A stretch of DNA of 64,000 nt from assembly GCA_001600695.1 (NCBI GenBank), contig BCKQ01000002.1, positions 1,296,768-1,360,767 of the forward strand, given 5' to 3'. Source of the DNA: Ascoidea asiatica JCM 7603. Lineage: Eukaryota > Fungi > Ascomycota. The translations under genes and the position numbers were made by a program. The notes below the pieces were generated by a model. It worked only from the letters and a program-made list of their open reading frames with translations, ran no database searches and was not told the DNA's origin. Positions 46,276-57,584 of the stretch are shown here, one piece after another. Positions within the stretch are counted from its first letter, which is position 1. Each line of letters opens with the position of its first letter.

Positions 46276-49200
46276 ATGTCATTTCTATTAACTGAAGTTC
46301 AAAAACCATTTCCAATAATCAAATCAATTTATTATCCTTTTATAAATCCATTAAAAGAATCTGATTCAAAATGTCAATTGATATTATTAACTTTGAGTTC
46401 TTTATTCATCTATGATATCAATTCAAAAGGTTTAAAATTCTTATATTCAAAAAAATTTAATTCAAATTTAATTGATTTTCAAATAATTAATTATAATTCA
46501 AATTTAAAAATTATTATAATTTTATCAAATCGAAATTTATTTTATTTTTTATATTTCGATTATTTTAAGAAAGTTTTAAAAGAATTTAATATTGATATTT
46601 TTACTCTTTTAAATTATAATCCTAATAATCCAAATAATAATAATAATATTAATAATATCAATTTTAATAATACCCCACATATTAATTTAAATTTAAAAGA
46701 ATCTTTACCAAATGAACTTTACAATTCTTCTATTATTCTTGATATAAATAAAAATAATTATCTTTTAAAATATTCAACTTTTTCTCCATATATTCATTTT
46801 TTCCCATTAAATATTCCTTTAAATACAAATAATAATATCAATTTAGATTCAATTCTAAATTTAAAATTATTTAAAAAACCAATATCAACATCTTTAGATA
46901 TAATTAATAATAATTTTAATTTATCTTTAGTTAAAATTCATCTAATTCAATCAGTCTCATCTAATTCAATTGCAATCATTTCTTCATCTCATTCTTCTAA
47001 TAATTTAAATCAAAACTTAAATTCAAATTCAAATTCAAATCAAAATAATATTCAAATTAATGAAACTTCTTTAAATTTATATTATATAAATTTAAAATAT
47101 TTAAAATTTCAATTAGTTATTTCATATCCAAATTTTTTAGATAATCCTTCAAATATAATTATAAATTTATTAGAATTTAATTTAAATATTTTAATTTTAA
47201 TTTCTGAAAATTATTTATATTTATATTCATTAAATTCAAATATTTTTTATAATTTAAATTCTTTTAAAAATAAATTAAATTTAGATTCTTTCTTAATTAA
47301 TTTTTATAATAATTTTAATTATTTATCAATTTATCTTAAAGATAATTCTCCATTATTTATAAATTCATATAAAATTTTAAATTATAATTCAAAAAATGGT
47401 AATTTAAAAATTTTATTAAATTCTTCAATTGGTGATTTATTTCTTTTACATCTTACAATTTTTATATCTCAAAATTCAAAAATTATTTATCATATTAATG
47501 ATTTTAATTTAATTAATCTTGGTAAATTAACAATTTCAAATAATTTAATTCATTTAAATAAAAATTTATTCTTAGCAACTTCTATAGAATCTGAATCTTT
47601 AATTTTTAAATTAAATCATAATATTCCATTTATAAAAATTTTACAAAATTTAAATTTTTCAGGTTCTCCAATTTTAGATTTAAATTTAATAAGATATCCA
47701 AAATCAAGTTGTAAAAAAAATTCATTAATTTTTTCTTCTGGTACTTTTAATTTAAGTTCTTTAAAACATTTATCAAAAGGAATTGCTTCAACTCCATATT
47801 TAAAATTAAATTTAAAAAATTTTTCAAAAAAAATTAATAATTATTGGTTAATTGATAATGATCAAGTTTTATTATTCACAAATTCAGATTTAATTTTAAT
47901 TGATTTAGTTGATGATATTTCTTTAATAGAATCTTCTTTACTTAATATTATATCTTTTAGTGGTAATAAAACTTTTTTAATGACTCAAACTTCTTCATTA
48001 TCAATAAATAATTTAATTTCTTTAAAATATATTCCAAATTTACAAACTGTTATTGTTGTTTATCAAACTAAAATTCAACTTTTTCATATTATTAATTCAA
48101 ATTTTGAATTAAAATTACAAACTTCTTTATCAAATAAAATTCAATCTTTAATTAATAATTTAACTTTAATAATTTTAAATAATGCAGATTTATTAATTCT
48201 TGATAAAAATACTTTATATTTATTAACTTATTCAAATTCTTATTCAAAAGAAATTAAATTTCCAATAAATTTAAAATTTGGTGAAATTTCTGCTTTTAAT
48301 GCTTGGTGTTTTTCAAATCGTACAATTTTATCTGCAATTTCAAATTGGAAAGGTGAATTTTTTATTGTTTGTTATAATAAAATTAAAAAATCAATTAATA
48401 ATATACTTCAAGAAAATTTTGATATTGGTTTTAATTCAATAATTTTAAAAGATCTTTATATTGAACATTTAAATCATTTATGTATTATTGCTTCAACTAA
48501 TGAAGGTTCAATTTATTATTCTTTTTTAAATTATGATAATATTGATAAAAGTAAAATTACAAGATTAAAACCTTTTTTTAATAAATCTGATATTGGTGAA
48601 GCTCCAATTAAATTAATTGATGATGATTTTCAACTGATTCAATATTATGCAATTACTGAAAATAAAACTTTTGTATCAACTATAGAAATGGATTATTTAT
48701 CTAATAAACTTAAATTTAATTTTGGTAGAATTGATCTTCATTTTGAAGAAATTGGTATTGAAAATATTAAAAATATTCAATATAATTCTGGTATTAAAAA
48801 AATGACAATGCTTGCTGGTAAAGAAAATTCTTATATTTTTACTTTAATAAATGGTTCATTAATAATTCATAAAAGTTATCAAACTTCTGTTTGTCCAAGT
48901 AGTGCTTTTAAATATCAAAATATTTATAGATCTTTATATTCTCCAAAATTAATTAGAAAACAATTGGTTTTTTTAGAATTTGATTTAATTGTTATTGCTC
49001 TTATTGATCAAAAATATGATTATTATAAAAAAAAATTTAAGTTTATAAGTGAATTAAAATTAATTGATAGTAATTCTCATAAAATTCTTTATTCATATGA
49101 TTTAAAACTGGGTTATGAAATTTCTGATTTAATTAGAGGTAATTTCAAAGATATTTTATCTAATGAAATTAAAAGAAAAAAAAATTTTGTTGATAAAACT

Positions 49201-51015
49201 CCTGATTCTTTAAAAAGAGAATTAAACAATCTTTTTATTGTAGCATGTAATTGTGATGAAAAATCAGATGTATGTTTAAAATTATTTCAACTTGATATGG
49301 ATAAAAAAAATTTCAGAGAAGAAAGTACTTTTTATATAAATCAAGATATAACAAATTTAAATGAGAGAAAAGAAGAAATTAATAGGTTTGTCATAAGTTC
49401 TAAATATATTGAATCACAATTTGATAATATTTTTGCTTCTCTAGATACTAATATAAATCATTCTCTAAACAGCAATGATAACAATAATGATGATAATGAT
49501 AATGAAGATAAAACTGATAATAATATTTATGAAGAAAATTTTACAGATACAATTGAAATTAAATCAAATAAGCCATTAAAGATGACTACTATAAATTCTA
49601 TTTTAAATTTTACTAATAGAATTATTATTGTTGTTGGAGATTCAACAAATTTTTTAAAAATAATGTATTCTGATGGGAATAAGAAATTTTATTTGAAATC
49701 ATTTTATAAAACTATAATGACCAGAGGTTATTCAACAAAAGTTAATTGTGCAAATAATGAATGGATTGTTATTTCAAATGTATTTGAAAGTCCTATTCAT
49801 TTCAGAATGTCATTTCTTCAATATATTAATATTAAAAAAAATGATAGATTGAAAAATGGAAATTTAATTGATAATGAAATAGATATAAATTTTTCTTTTG
49901 ATTCTTTTAATATTGGCTTACTAAGCTTTCCAACTTCAGTTGATTTAATCCTGGATAATTTAATTATTTTTAATGATTTTTTTAATAATGTTATGATTGA
50001 ATATATTGAAAAAGATATAAGAGTTAAAAGGAAAATAATATGTGCATTTAATTTAGGTGATAATGTTAGTGTTATTAAAAATGTTTATGAAGAAAATGAC
50101 AAAACAAATTTATTTATTAAAAATTTGATCGATCAAGATAAAAAAACTTCAAGTCATTCATCTCGTAATGAAACCGAAATATTAAACAAGGAAGATTATA
50201 AAAATCAAAATATCAAAGATAGTTTTTTTGGAATTGATTTTAATGAAACTAAAGAAAATAATGAACTTAATAAAATTTTAAATTTATGTAATTTATCTGA
50301 TGAAAAAAATGATTTAAATATTAAAAATGATAATTTACCAGATAAATTAATTGAAAATTATTCTAGAAAAGATATTGTACCAATTGCATTATTAGGATCT
50401 ATTAGTGGTGGAATATATTCAATTAGTTTAGTTACTTCAAAAAAAGAAGAAATTTTATTAAAAAAATTTGATAAAATTTTAAAAAATATTGAAGAAATTG
50501 GAATTGGTGATTATAATTCATATAAAAGTAGAATACGCTCTAATGCTAGTGGATATCATGAAACTCTTATGGGAAGAAATGATTTATTATTAAATGAATT
50601 AAATGAACAATTTCCACAAGTTCAACTATCTCCAGAATCTAACAACTCTGAAGAGTTGGAAGAAGAAGTAGAAGAGGAGTTGGAAGAGGAATCAGAAGAA
50701 GAGTCGGAAGAATCTGAAGAATACGAAAATGATGAAGAAAGAGTTCAAGATATGAATATAGAACAAAATCCCTCAAGCAGGCAATCAAGGTCAAATAATA
50801 GATCTGAAAATTATAATTCAACTAATTATTTTGAAAATCGAAATCAACCTGAAGTTTCATATGATCAATATTCAAATTTCATTGATGGTACATTATTTCA
50901 AAGATTTTTAGAATTAAATATTGATGAACAAGAATATATATGTCGGGAGAATGAATTAGAATTACAAGAAATTATAAAGATTAGTGAAAAAATGGGAGAT
51001 TTATTAGAATTATAA
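46276..51015 (+). CDS. Diverged DDB1/Mms1-family triple beta-propeller protein
   Basis: SPILDL, SSGTFNLSSLKHLSKGI (cf. DDB1 CSGAFKEGSLRIIRNGI), FNLGDNVSVI, LLGSISGGI and C-terminal NFIDGTLFQRFLEL; too diverged to be Rse1. Confidence 0.7.
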   Translation: MSFLLTEVQKPFPIIKSIYYPFINPLKESDSKCQLILLTLSSLFIYDINSKGLKFLYSKKFNSNLIDFQIINYNSNLKIIIILSNRNLFYFLYFDYFKKVLKEFNIDIFTLLNYNPNNPNNNNNINNINFNNTPHINLNLKESLPNELYNSSIILDINKNNYLLKYSTFSPYIHFFPLNIPLNTNNNINLDSILNLKLFKKPISTSLDIINNNFNLSLVKIHLIQSVSSNSIAIISSSHSSNNLNQNLNSNSNSNQNNIQINETSLNLYYINLKYLKFQLVISYPNFLDNPSNIIINLLEFNLNILILISENYLYLYSLNSNIFYNLNSFKNKLNLDSFLINFYNNFNYLSIYLKDNSPLFINSYKILNYNSKNGNLKILLNSSIGDLFLLHLTIFISQNSKIIYHINDFNLINLGKLTISNNLIHLNKNLFLATSIESESLIFKLNHNIPFIKILQNLNFSGSPILDLNLIRYPKSSCKKNSLIFSSGTFNLSSLKHLSKGIASTPYLKLNLKNFSKKINNYWLIDNDQVLLFTNSDLILIDLVDDISLIESSLLNIISFSGNKTFLMTQTSSLSINNLISLKYIPNLQTVIVVYQTKIQLFHIINSNFELKLQTSLSNKIQSLINNLTLIILNNADLLILDKNTLYLLTYSNSYSKEIKFPINLKFGEISAFNAWCFSNRTILSAISNWKGEFFIVCYNKIKKSINNILQENFDIGFNSIILKDLYIEHLNHLCIIASTNEGSIYYSFLNYDNIDKSKITRLKPFFNKSDIGEAPIKLIDDDFQLIQYYAITENKTFVSTIEMDYLSNKLKFNFGRIDLHFEEIGIENIKNIQYNSGIKKMTMLAGKENSYIFTLINGSLIIHKSYQTSVCPSSAFKYQNIYRSLYSPKLIRKQLVFLEFDLIVIALIDQKYDYYKKKFKFISELKLIDSNSHKILYSYDLKLGYEISDLIRGNFKDILSNEIKRKKNFVDKTPDSLKRELNNLFIVACNCDEKSDVCLKLFQLDMDKKNFREESTFYINQDITNLNERKEEINRFVISSKYIESQFDNIFASLDTNINHSLNSNDNNNDDNDNEDKTDNNIYEENFTDTIEIKSNKPLKMTTINSILNFTNRIIIVVGDSTNFLKIMYSDGNKKFYLKSFYKTIMTRGYSTKVNCANNEWIVISNVFESPIHFRMSFLQYINIKKNDRLKNGNLIDNEIDINFSFDSFNIGLLSFPTSVDLILDNLIIFNDFFNNVMIEYIEKDIRVKRKIICAFNLGDNVSVIKNVYEENDKTNLFIKNLIDQDKKTSSHSSRNETEILNKEDYKNQNIKDSFFGIDFNETKENNELNKILNLCNLSDEKNDLNIKNDNLPDKLIENYSRKDIVPIALLGSISGGIYSISLVTSKKEEILLKKFDKILKNIEEIGIGDYNSYKSRIRSNASGYHETLMGRNDLLLNELNEQFPQVQLSPESNNSEELEEEVEEELEEESEEESEESEEYENDEERVQDMNIEQNPSSRQSRSNNRSENYNSTNYFENRNQPEVSYDQYSNFIDGTLFQRFLELNIDEQEYICRENELELQEIIKISEKMGDLLEL

Positions 51016-51117
51016 AATGATTATGAAATGATTATCTATAGATGCATATATAATAAATAATAAATTATTAAATGATAAATAATAGATAATAGATAATAGA
51101 TGATAGATTAAAATAAA

Positions 51118-51498
51118 TTAAATTAATAAAGTTTCAATTTTATCTTTAATTGCAAAAATTTGATTTTTAATTGAAGAAGCTTCATTTGTAGTTACACTTG
51201 CAGCAATAACAGGTCTTGTAACACCACAAGCTCTACCTAAAGCAATTTTTGAAGGAACAAAAACATATGGAACATTTTTATCTTCACATAATAAAGGTAA
51301 ATGAAGAATAACTTCAATTGGTTCTGTATCTGCAGCTAAAACAATAAATTCAGAAATACCTCTATTTAAAGTTTTTGTAGCTTCATTTGCACCTTTTTTC
51401 AATTGTCTTAAATTTTGAGCTTGTTGAATGACATCTAAAATTTGTTGAGATAATGAAGAATCTGCTAATGGAAAAGCTTTTGGATTAACTTCAGACAT
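51118..51498 (-). CDS. SNU13: Snu13/15.5K L7Ae-family RNA-binding protein
   Basis: [41 protein letters not shown]. Confidence 0.97.
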   Translation of the reverse strand: MSEVNPKAFPLADSSLSQQILDVIQQAQNLRQLKKGANEATKTLNRGISEFIVLAADTEPIEVILHLPLLCEDKNVPYVFVPSKIALGRACGVTRPVIAASVTTNEASSIKNQIFAIKDKIETLLI

Positions 51499-51918
51499 TT
51501 TTTTTTATAAAATTGTAATTAGTTATTAGTTATTATTATTATTTAAATTCAGAGGTTCCTTGCAAAATGAGCTCGCCTCTATTTGTAATCTTGAATTAGT
51601 TAAATTATGATTAAAAGCAAAAAAAGAAGAGAAGCAGTTGCTAAGTTGTTTGTGAATGAAGAAATTGAAAGAAAAGAAAAGAACAATGTGAAAAAAAAAA
51701 AAAAAAAGAAGAAACAGAAATAAAGAAAGAAATGGAATTAATTTCACTTCGAAATTGCAAAAACAAAAATAAAAAATTCCAAATTTTCAACGGGGGAAAA
51801 AAAAAATTAAAAAATTAAGAAAACAAAAAAAAACAGGCACGTGACCATTTTCACAGTCAGTCAGCACAAACTTATTAGTCATTTATCAATATTACAAATT
51901 TTCAGCTAAAGAAGTTCT

Positions 51919-51992
51919 GGTTCGTTGGTCTAGTTGGTTATGGCATCTGCTTAACACGCAGAACGTCCCCAGTTCGATCCTGGGACGAATCA
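51919..51992 (+). tRNA. tRNA-Val(AAC)
   Basis: GGTTCGTTGGTCTAGTTGGTTATGGCATCTGCTTAACACGCAGAACGTCCCCAGTTCGATCCTGGGACGAATCA; cloverleaf followed by an oligo-T terminator. Confidence 0.97.
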
Positions 51993-52117
51993 CTTTTTTT
52001 TAATTTTTTAATTATTGGTTATATTTTTTTTTTTTTAAGAATTGGCTTGTTAACACTACGAATTATGTAAAATGTGAATATTGAATAAGAGAATATGAAT
52101 TAAAAGAATATAAAGTA

Positions 52118-53089
52118 TTAGTTATCATAAGTTGTCCAAGATTCTGTAGGACTATCAGTATCATTATCATTATCATTATCATTATCATTATAAATTGTTG
52201 GTTGTGGATTAATGATAGTGTTTTTATTGAGATTATTAATATTGTTCAGTTGAATTGAATTATTATAGTTATCATTACTATTTTCATTTAAATTTATATC
52301 AAATAAATCATTTAATGTATCATCTGATTTATTATTTATAGAATTTTCTTTTGATTTAAAAGATTTTAGTCGTATTTGATCCCATGATGAAGTATTTTGT
52401 TCATTATCAATATTATTATTATTATTAATGTTATTATTTTTATTTGAAATTCTTGGACCGGAATATAAACCTAATGGATCTCTATTTGATAAAACTGATT
52501 TCTTTTTTTGATTCCAAGTTAATCTTGGATCTTTCATTATATTATTTGAATCATTTAAAGTTATTGTATAATAATATTTCCATTTCATTGCAACATTTGG
52601 ATTTAAAATTTCTAAAATATTTTTAATTTTTTTATTATCAATTTCATTATCAATTTCATTATCAACTTTATTATCAACATGATTAGAATTTAAATTTTTT
52701 AAATAATAATTATAAGATAAATTTGAAGAATAATGTGAAGATATTGACATTCCAAGAAAACCAAGAAGAAAACCAGTGGTGATTCTTGTACCTTTTATAG
52801 TTTTTTTTTTATTATAATTATAAAAAAATGGTATTGATAAACCAATTGTAAAACCAATCCAACCTCCAATTAATGTTGAATTAACAATATTTGAAAAAAT
52901 TAATTTTAAATTTTTTCTTTCATTTAAATTTAAAATTTTATCATTTTCATAAAATTTTATTGCTTGTTTAAATGCTAATTGACCCTTTTGATCTTTTGGA
53001 CCTTTTGGATCATATTCTGGATTATTTTCAATATTATCCATGGTTGTAATATTTAAATTTGAATCTGAATTTTTTGAGTTTGATGACAT
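52118..53089 (-). CDS. DUF1689/YIL077C (Rci37)-like mitochondrial membrane protein
   Basis: AIKFYENDKIL, two Gly-rich TM helices, W..YY..T...MKDPR, SSWDQIR. Confidence 0.65.
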   Translation of the reverse strand: MSSNSKNSDSNLNITTMDNIENNPEYDPKGPKDQKGQLAFKQAIKFYENDKILNLNERKNLKLIFSNIVNSTLIGGWIGFTIGLSIPFFYNYNKKKTIKGTRITTGFLLGFLGMSISSHYSSNLSYNYYLKNLNSNHVDNKVDNEIDNEIDNKKIKNILEILNPNVAMKWKYYYTITLNDSNNIMKDPRLTWNQKKKSVLSNRDPLGLYSGPRISNKNNNINNNNNIDNEQNTSSWDQIRLKSFKSKENSINNKSDDTLNDLFDINLNENSNDNYNNSIQLNNINNLNKNTIINPQPTIYNDNDNDNDNDTDSPTESWTTYDN

Positions 53090-53858
53090 TTTTTTTTAAA
53101 GTATTTATAAAATTATATGATTATTCCATTGCAATGCTTTGAAATATCACAAGCAAATATCAATTCTTTCAATGAAATTCAATAATCGAATATCTAACAA
53201 TATTTAATGTTCTTTAACTGAATAAAAGTATAATTGAGTTATAATTGAGTTATAATTGAGTAGTAATTGAGTAGTAATTGAGTAGTAATTGAGTAAGAAT
53301 AATTATTTAAAGCTGTTTAAATATAAAATATCCAACCCCATACATACAAGGGGATAAATAATCGGGCTTTAACACTTCGGGTTTTGAGAGTGTCCGGGAT
53401 TGTTTGTCCTGTTGTCATATAATGGACAGCTCAATATTGAGACCAGTTAAATGGATATTATTCCTTGAGTCCAAGTAAATGGTACTCCTTATTGAGACCA
53501 ATTATTTGGTACTTCTTGTTGAGACCAACTTAACGGCACTTCTACTTGACTCCACTCTAGTGGCTCTCCTTCCCTTTCCGGTCATTTTTGTGGAGATTTC
53601 CCGAGCTGCGCTTGTTCTCACCGTTTGAGAGCGAGAAATGTTTTTGCTGAGAGAATTCTGGCAATTTGCCATTTGAATGAATAAATATATGAATATATGA
53701 ATATATGAATATATGAATATTAAATAAAGGCTTTGAATAATAAATACAATCATATTTTGAATTGAAAGTAGATTCAAATATAAATATAATATCTTCCTTA
53801 TTTAATTCATTTGGTTTATTTTCAATTTGATAAAAAGATCAATAATTCAATTGAATTA

Positions 53859-54018
53859 ATGCGGTTTTTCAATCTACCTTCAAAATTAAATTCATCTTTA
53901 ATTAATTCAACTTTTTTATCAAATAATTTATTATTAAATTATTTCTCAAATTATTCATCAATTATTAATTCAAATTCAAATTATTTATTTAATAATCGTC
54001 AAATATCAATGTCAACAT

Positions 54019-54056
<38 letters not shown>

Positions 54057-56090
54057 TTTCCATTTCCTTCTCAAAAACCACCAAATTGGAATCATTCATC
54101 AAATGAAATTTTAAATTTAACAAATAATTATATTAAAAATTCAAAAATTTTAAATGATAAAATTTCAAAAATTTTAAATCCATCAATTGAAAATGTTATA
54201 ATTCCATTAGCTAATTTTGAAAATTTAAATTATCCAATAATTTATCAATTATCTTTTTATGGTTCAATTTCTCCAATTAAAGAAATTAGAGATTCTTCAA
54301 CAAAATCTGAAGAAATTTTAGATAATTATTCAATTGAATCTGGTTTAAGAGAAGATGTATTTAAAAAAATTAATAAAGTTTATAATGATATAATTATTAA
54401 TAATAACAATACAATTAAAATTAATCCAGAATTAAAAAAATTTATTAAAAAATTAAATTTATCTTATAAAAGAAATGGTTTAGAATTACCTTTAAATGAA
54501 AGAAAAATTATTGAAAAAATTTCAAAACAATTAGCTAATTATTCTTTAAATTATAATAAAAATTTAAATGAGGAAAATAATTATCTTTTTTTTACAAAAG
54601 ATGAATTAAATGGTGTTAATTTAGATTCTCTTGAATTTAATAAAAATTTAAATAAATATAAAATGACTTTTAAATATCCTGATATTTGGCCAGTTTTAAA
54701 ATATGCAAAATTAGAAAATACAAGAAAATTAGCTTATTGTGCTGATCAAAATAAATGTGAAGAAAATTCAAATATTTTATTTCAAGTTATAAAATTAAGA
54801 GCTTTATTTGCAAAAAAATTAGGTTATAAAAATTATTCTGAATATATTTTAGAAGAAAGAATGGCAAAAAATCCAGAAAATGTTTTAAATTTTTTATTAA
54901 ATTTAAAAAAAAATTTAAAACCATTAGCTAAAAAAGAATTAAAAATTTTATTAGATTTAAAAAAAAATGATCCAAAAAATTCAATTGATTTAAATAATTT
55001 TAATATTTGGGATCAAAGATATTTTAATACTTTATTATTAGAATCTGAATATAAAGTTGATCATAATAAAATTTCAAATTATTTCCCAATGGAATCAACA
55101 ATTCAAAATATGTTAAAAACTTATGAAAGTTTATTTAATATAAAATTTATTGAAATTATTGATGAAAATAAAAAATCTATTTGGCATAAAGATGTTAAAC
55201 AATTTGCTGTTTGGAAATTAGATAATGATAATAAATTATTAAATAATCCTGAATTTTCAGGTTGGATTTATTTTGATCTTTATCCAAGAGATGGTAAATA
55301 TGGTCATGCTGCTAAATTTTCAATATCTCCAGGTTATTTTGATCCAATTACAAAAAAAAATATTAGACCAGTTTGTGCTTTAGTTTGTAATTTTACAAAA
55401 TCAACAAAATTAAAACCTTCATTATTAAAACATGATGAAGTTGAAACTTTATTTCATGAATTAGGTCATGGTATTCATGATTTAATGGGTAAAACAAATT
55501 ATGCAAGATTTCATGGTACTGCAGTTTCAAATGATTTTGTTGAAGCTCCTTCACAAATGTTAGAATATTGGACTTGGGATTCAAAAATTTTAAAATCTTT
55601 ATCTTCACATTATGAAACTGGTGAACAAATTCCTGATGATTTATTAAATGATTTAATTAAAACAAAACATGTTAATGGTGCTATTTTTAATTTACGTCAA
55701 TTACATTTTGGTTTATTTGATATGAAAATTCATACTGTAACTCCAGAAGAAGCTGAAAATTTAGATCTTACAAAAATTTGGAATGAAATGAGAGAAGAAA
55801 TTTGTATGATTAGTAATGGTGGTGAAATAACTAAAGGTTATGGTTCTTTTGGTCATTTATTAGGTGGTTATGCTTCTGGTTATTATGGTTATTTATATTC
55901 TCAAGTATTTGCTGCTGATATATTTTATTCTACTTTTAAAAATAATCTTATGGATCCTGAAGCTGGTAAAAGATATAGAGATATTATCCTTAAAAGAGGT
56001 GGTAGTGGAGATGAAATGGATAATTTAAAAGAATTATTAGGTAGAGAACCAAATGATAAAGCATTTTTACAAGAATTAGGTCTAAATTGA
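53859..56090 (+). CDS. PRD1: Saccharolysin/thimet-like M3 metallopeptidase
   Basis: YFDLYPRDGKYGHAA, FHELGH zinc motif, DFVEAPSQMLE, GYASGYYGY; first ATG at 53859, second at 54009. Confidence 0.94.
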
Positions 56091-56418
56091 AAAGTAGTAA
56101 ATCTTTCCTTTCATTATATATATATATATATCTTTAATCTAGAAAAATGTAATTCAAAATTATGTTTTAATGAAATAAAAATATATAAAATTCGTATAAA
56201 TCTTAAATTAAACCTTTATTTTCTTATCAAACCGATTACCAAACAATCGGTAATGCTGAATGTTGGGTACAATTTCGGTATTTAAAGCAAAATGTATTTT
56301 GAAACTCACGTAAATTTAATACTTTTTAATTAATTGAAGTTATTTAATATAATCAATTTATTAAATCAAGCTAAATATTAATAAAATAAACTATTAATCA
56401 ATTAAAAGAAAATCTAGA

Positions 56419-57270
56419 ATGAGTAGGAAACTTGGATTAGCAAGTTTTGTTAAAAATGATAAAGAATATTCCAAAATAAGTGCACAATTAATTGAAAAAA
56501 AATCAATTCAATTATCTGAACAATTAATAACATTTCAAGAAAATTTAATTAATTTTGCTAAAAATCATAAAGATGAAATTAAAAATGATCTTGAATTTAG
56601 TAAAAGTTTTTATCAAATGTGTTTAACAATTGGTGTTGATCCATTAAGTGCAAGTATTTCTTCAAAAAGAGGAGATAAATTATTAAATAATAATGCTGAT
56701 AATAATAAAGGTTCATTTAAAAATCTTTGGTCAAATATTTTAAATGATGATGATGAAGAATTTTTTAATGAATTATCTGTTAAAATTATTGAAATTTCTA
56801 GAAAATATTCAAGTTTTAATGGTGGAATTATTTCAATTGAAAAAATTTTAAATATTTTAAATGATCCAAATTCTCCAAATAAAATTCAAAATTTATTAGA
56901 AGATGATATAAAAAAATCAATTGAGAAAATTAATATTTTAAATCCAAATTTTAAAATAATTGAAAATAATAAACAATTTTTTTTATCATGTTCAAATCAA
57001 GAATTAAATAATGATCAAACTGAAATTTTAAATATTTGTAAGATTATAAAATTTGTTACTATAAAAATATTAATTGATAATTTTAAATGGACCAAAATAA
57101 GGTCTAAACAAGTACTTAATTCAATGGTTGAACAAGGATTTTTATGGATTGATATTCAAACAAATTCAAATGAAAATTCAAATGAAAATTCAAATGAAAA
57201 TACAAATGAAATTGATAATGAAAATGAAATTTCTTATTGGGATCCTTCTTGGATTGATATATCAAATTAA
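56419..57270 (+). CDS. SNF8: ESCRT-II subunit Snf8/Vps22 (EAP30)
   Basis: RKLGLASF, FYQMCLTIGVDPL, NGGIISI, GFLWIDIQ, YWDPSW. Confidence 0.93.
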   Translation: MSRKLGLASFVKNDKEYSKISAQLIEKKSIQLSEQLITFQENLINFAKNHKDEIKNDLEFSKSFYQMCLTIGVDPLSASISSKRGDKLLNNNADNNKGSFKNLWSNILNDDDEEFFNELSVKIIEISRKYSSFNGGIISIEKILNILNDPNSPNKIQNLLEDDIKKSIEKINILNPNFKIIENNKQFFLSCSNQELNNDQTEILNICKIIKFVTIKILIDNFKWTKIRSKQVLNSMVEQGFLWIDIQTNSNENSNENSNENTNEIDNENEISYWDPSWIDISN

Positions 57271-57584
57271 AGAATTTTACTTTATAATGTTTCTAATAAG
57301 TATTTATTTATTTTAAGAAATTTAATATGGAATTAAAAAAAAAAAGAAAAACTAGTGATTATAAACCAAAACCGAGAATGCCATAAACCAAGAAATAACA
57401 ATTCAAAAAAATAAAATAATGATAAACAAAAATTAAGAATTAAGAGAAAAAAGAAATGAAATGAAATGAAATGAAAGGAATATAGAATAGAAATAAATAG
57501 ATAAAATGAAATGAAGCTGTAAGATGTAAATGAAGTTAGCATAAAATATGAGATAAAAAAATATATAAAACAATGATAAAAATA

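Noticed and set aside
53230-53295. 11-bp tandem repeats (TAATTGAGTTA/TAATTGAGTAG) and similar arrays as CRISPR-like or telomeric
   Set aside because: No unique spacers, eukaryotic context; simple slippage repeats are common throughout the window
8690-57542. Many 60-100 aa shadow ORFs (e.g. 8690, 9011, 10523, 13210, 15679, 30445, 30871, 31459, 35913, 38547, 41879, 44837, 50639, 52444, 55393, 57128)
   Set aside because: Antisense or off-frame to well-supported genes; products of biased codon usage and repeats
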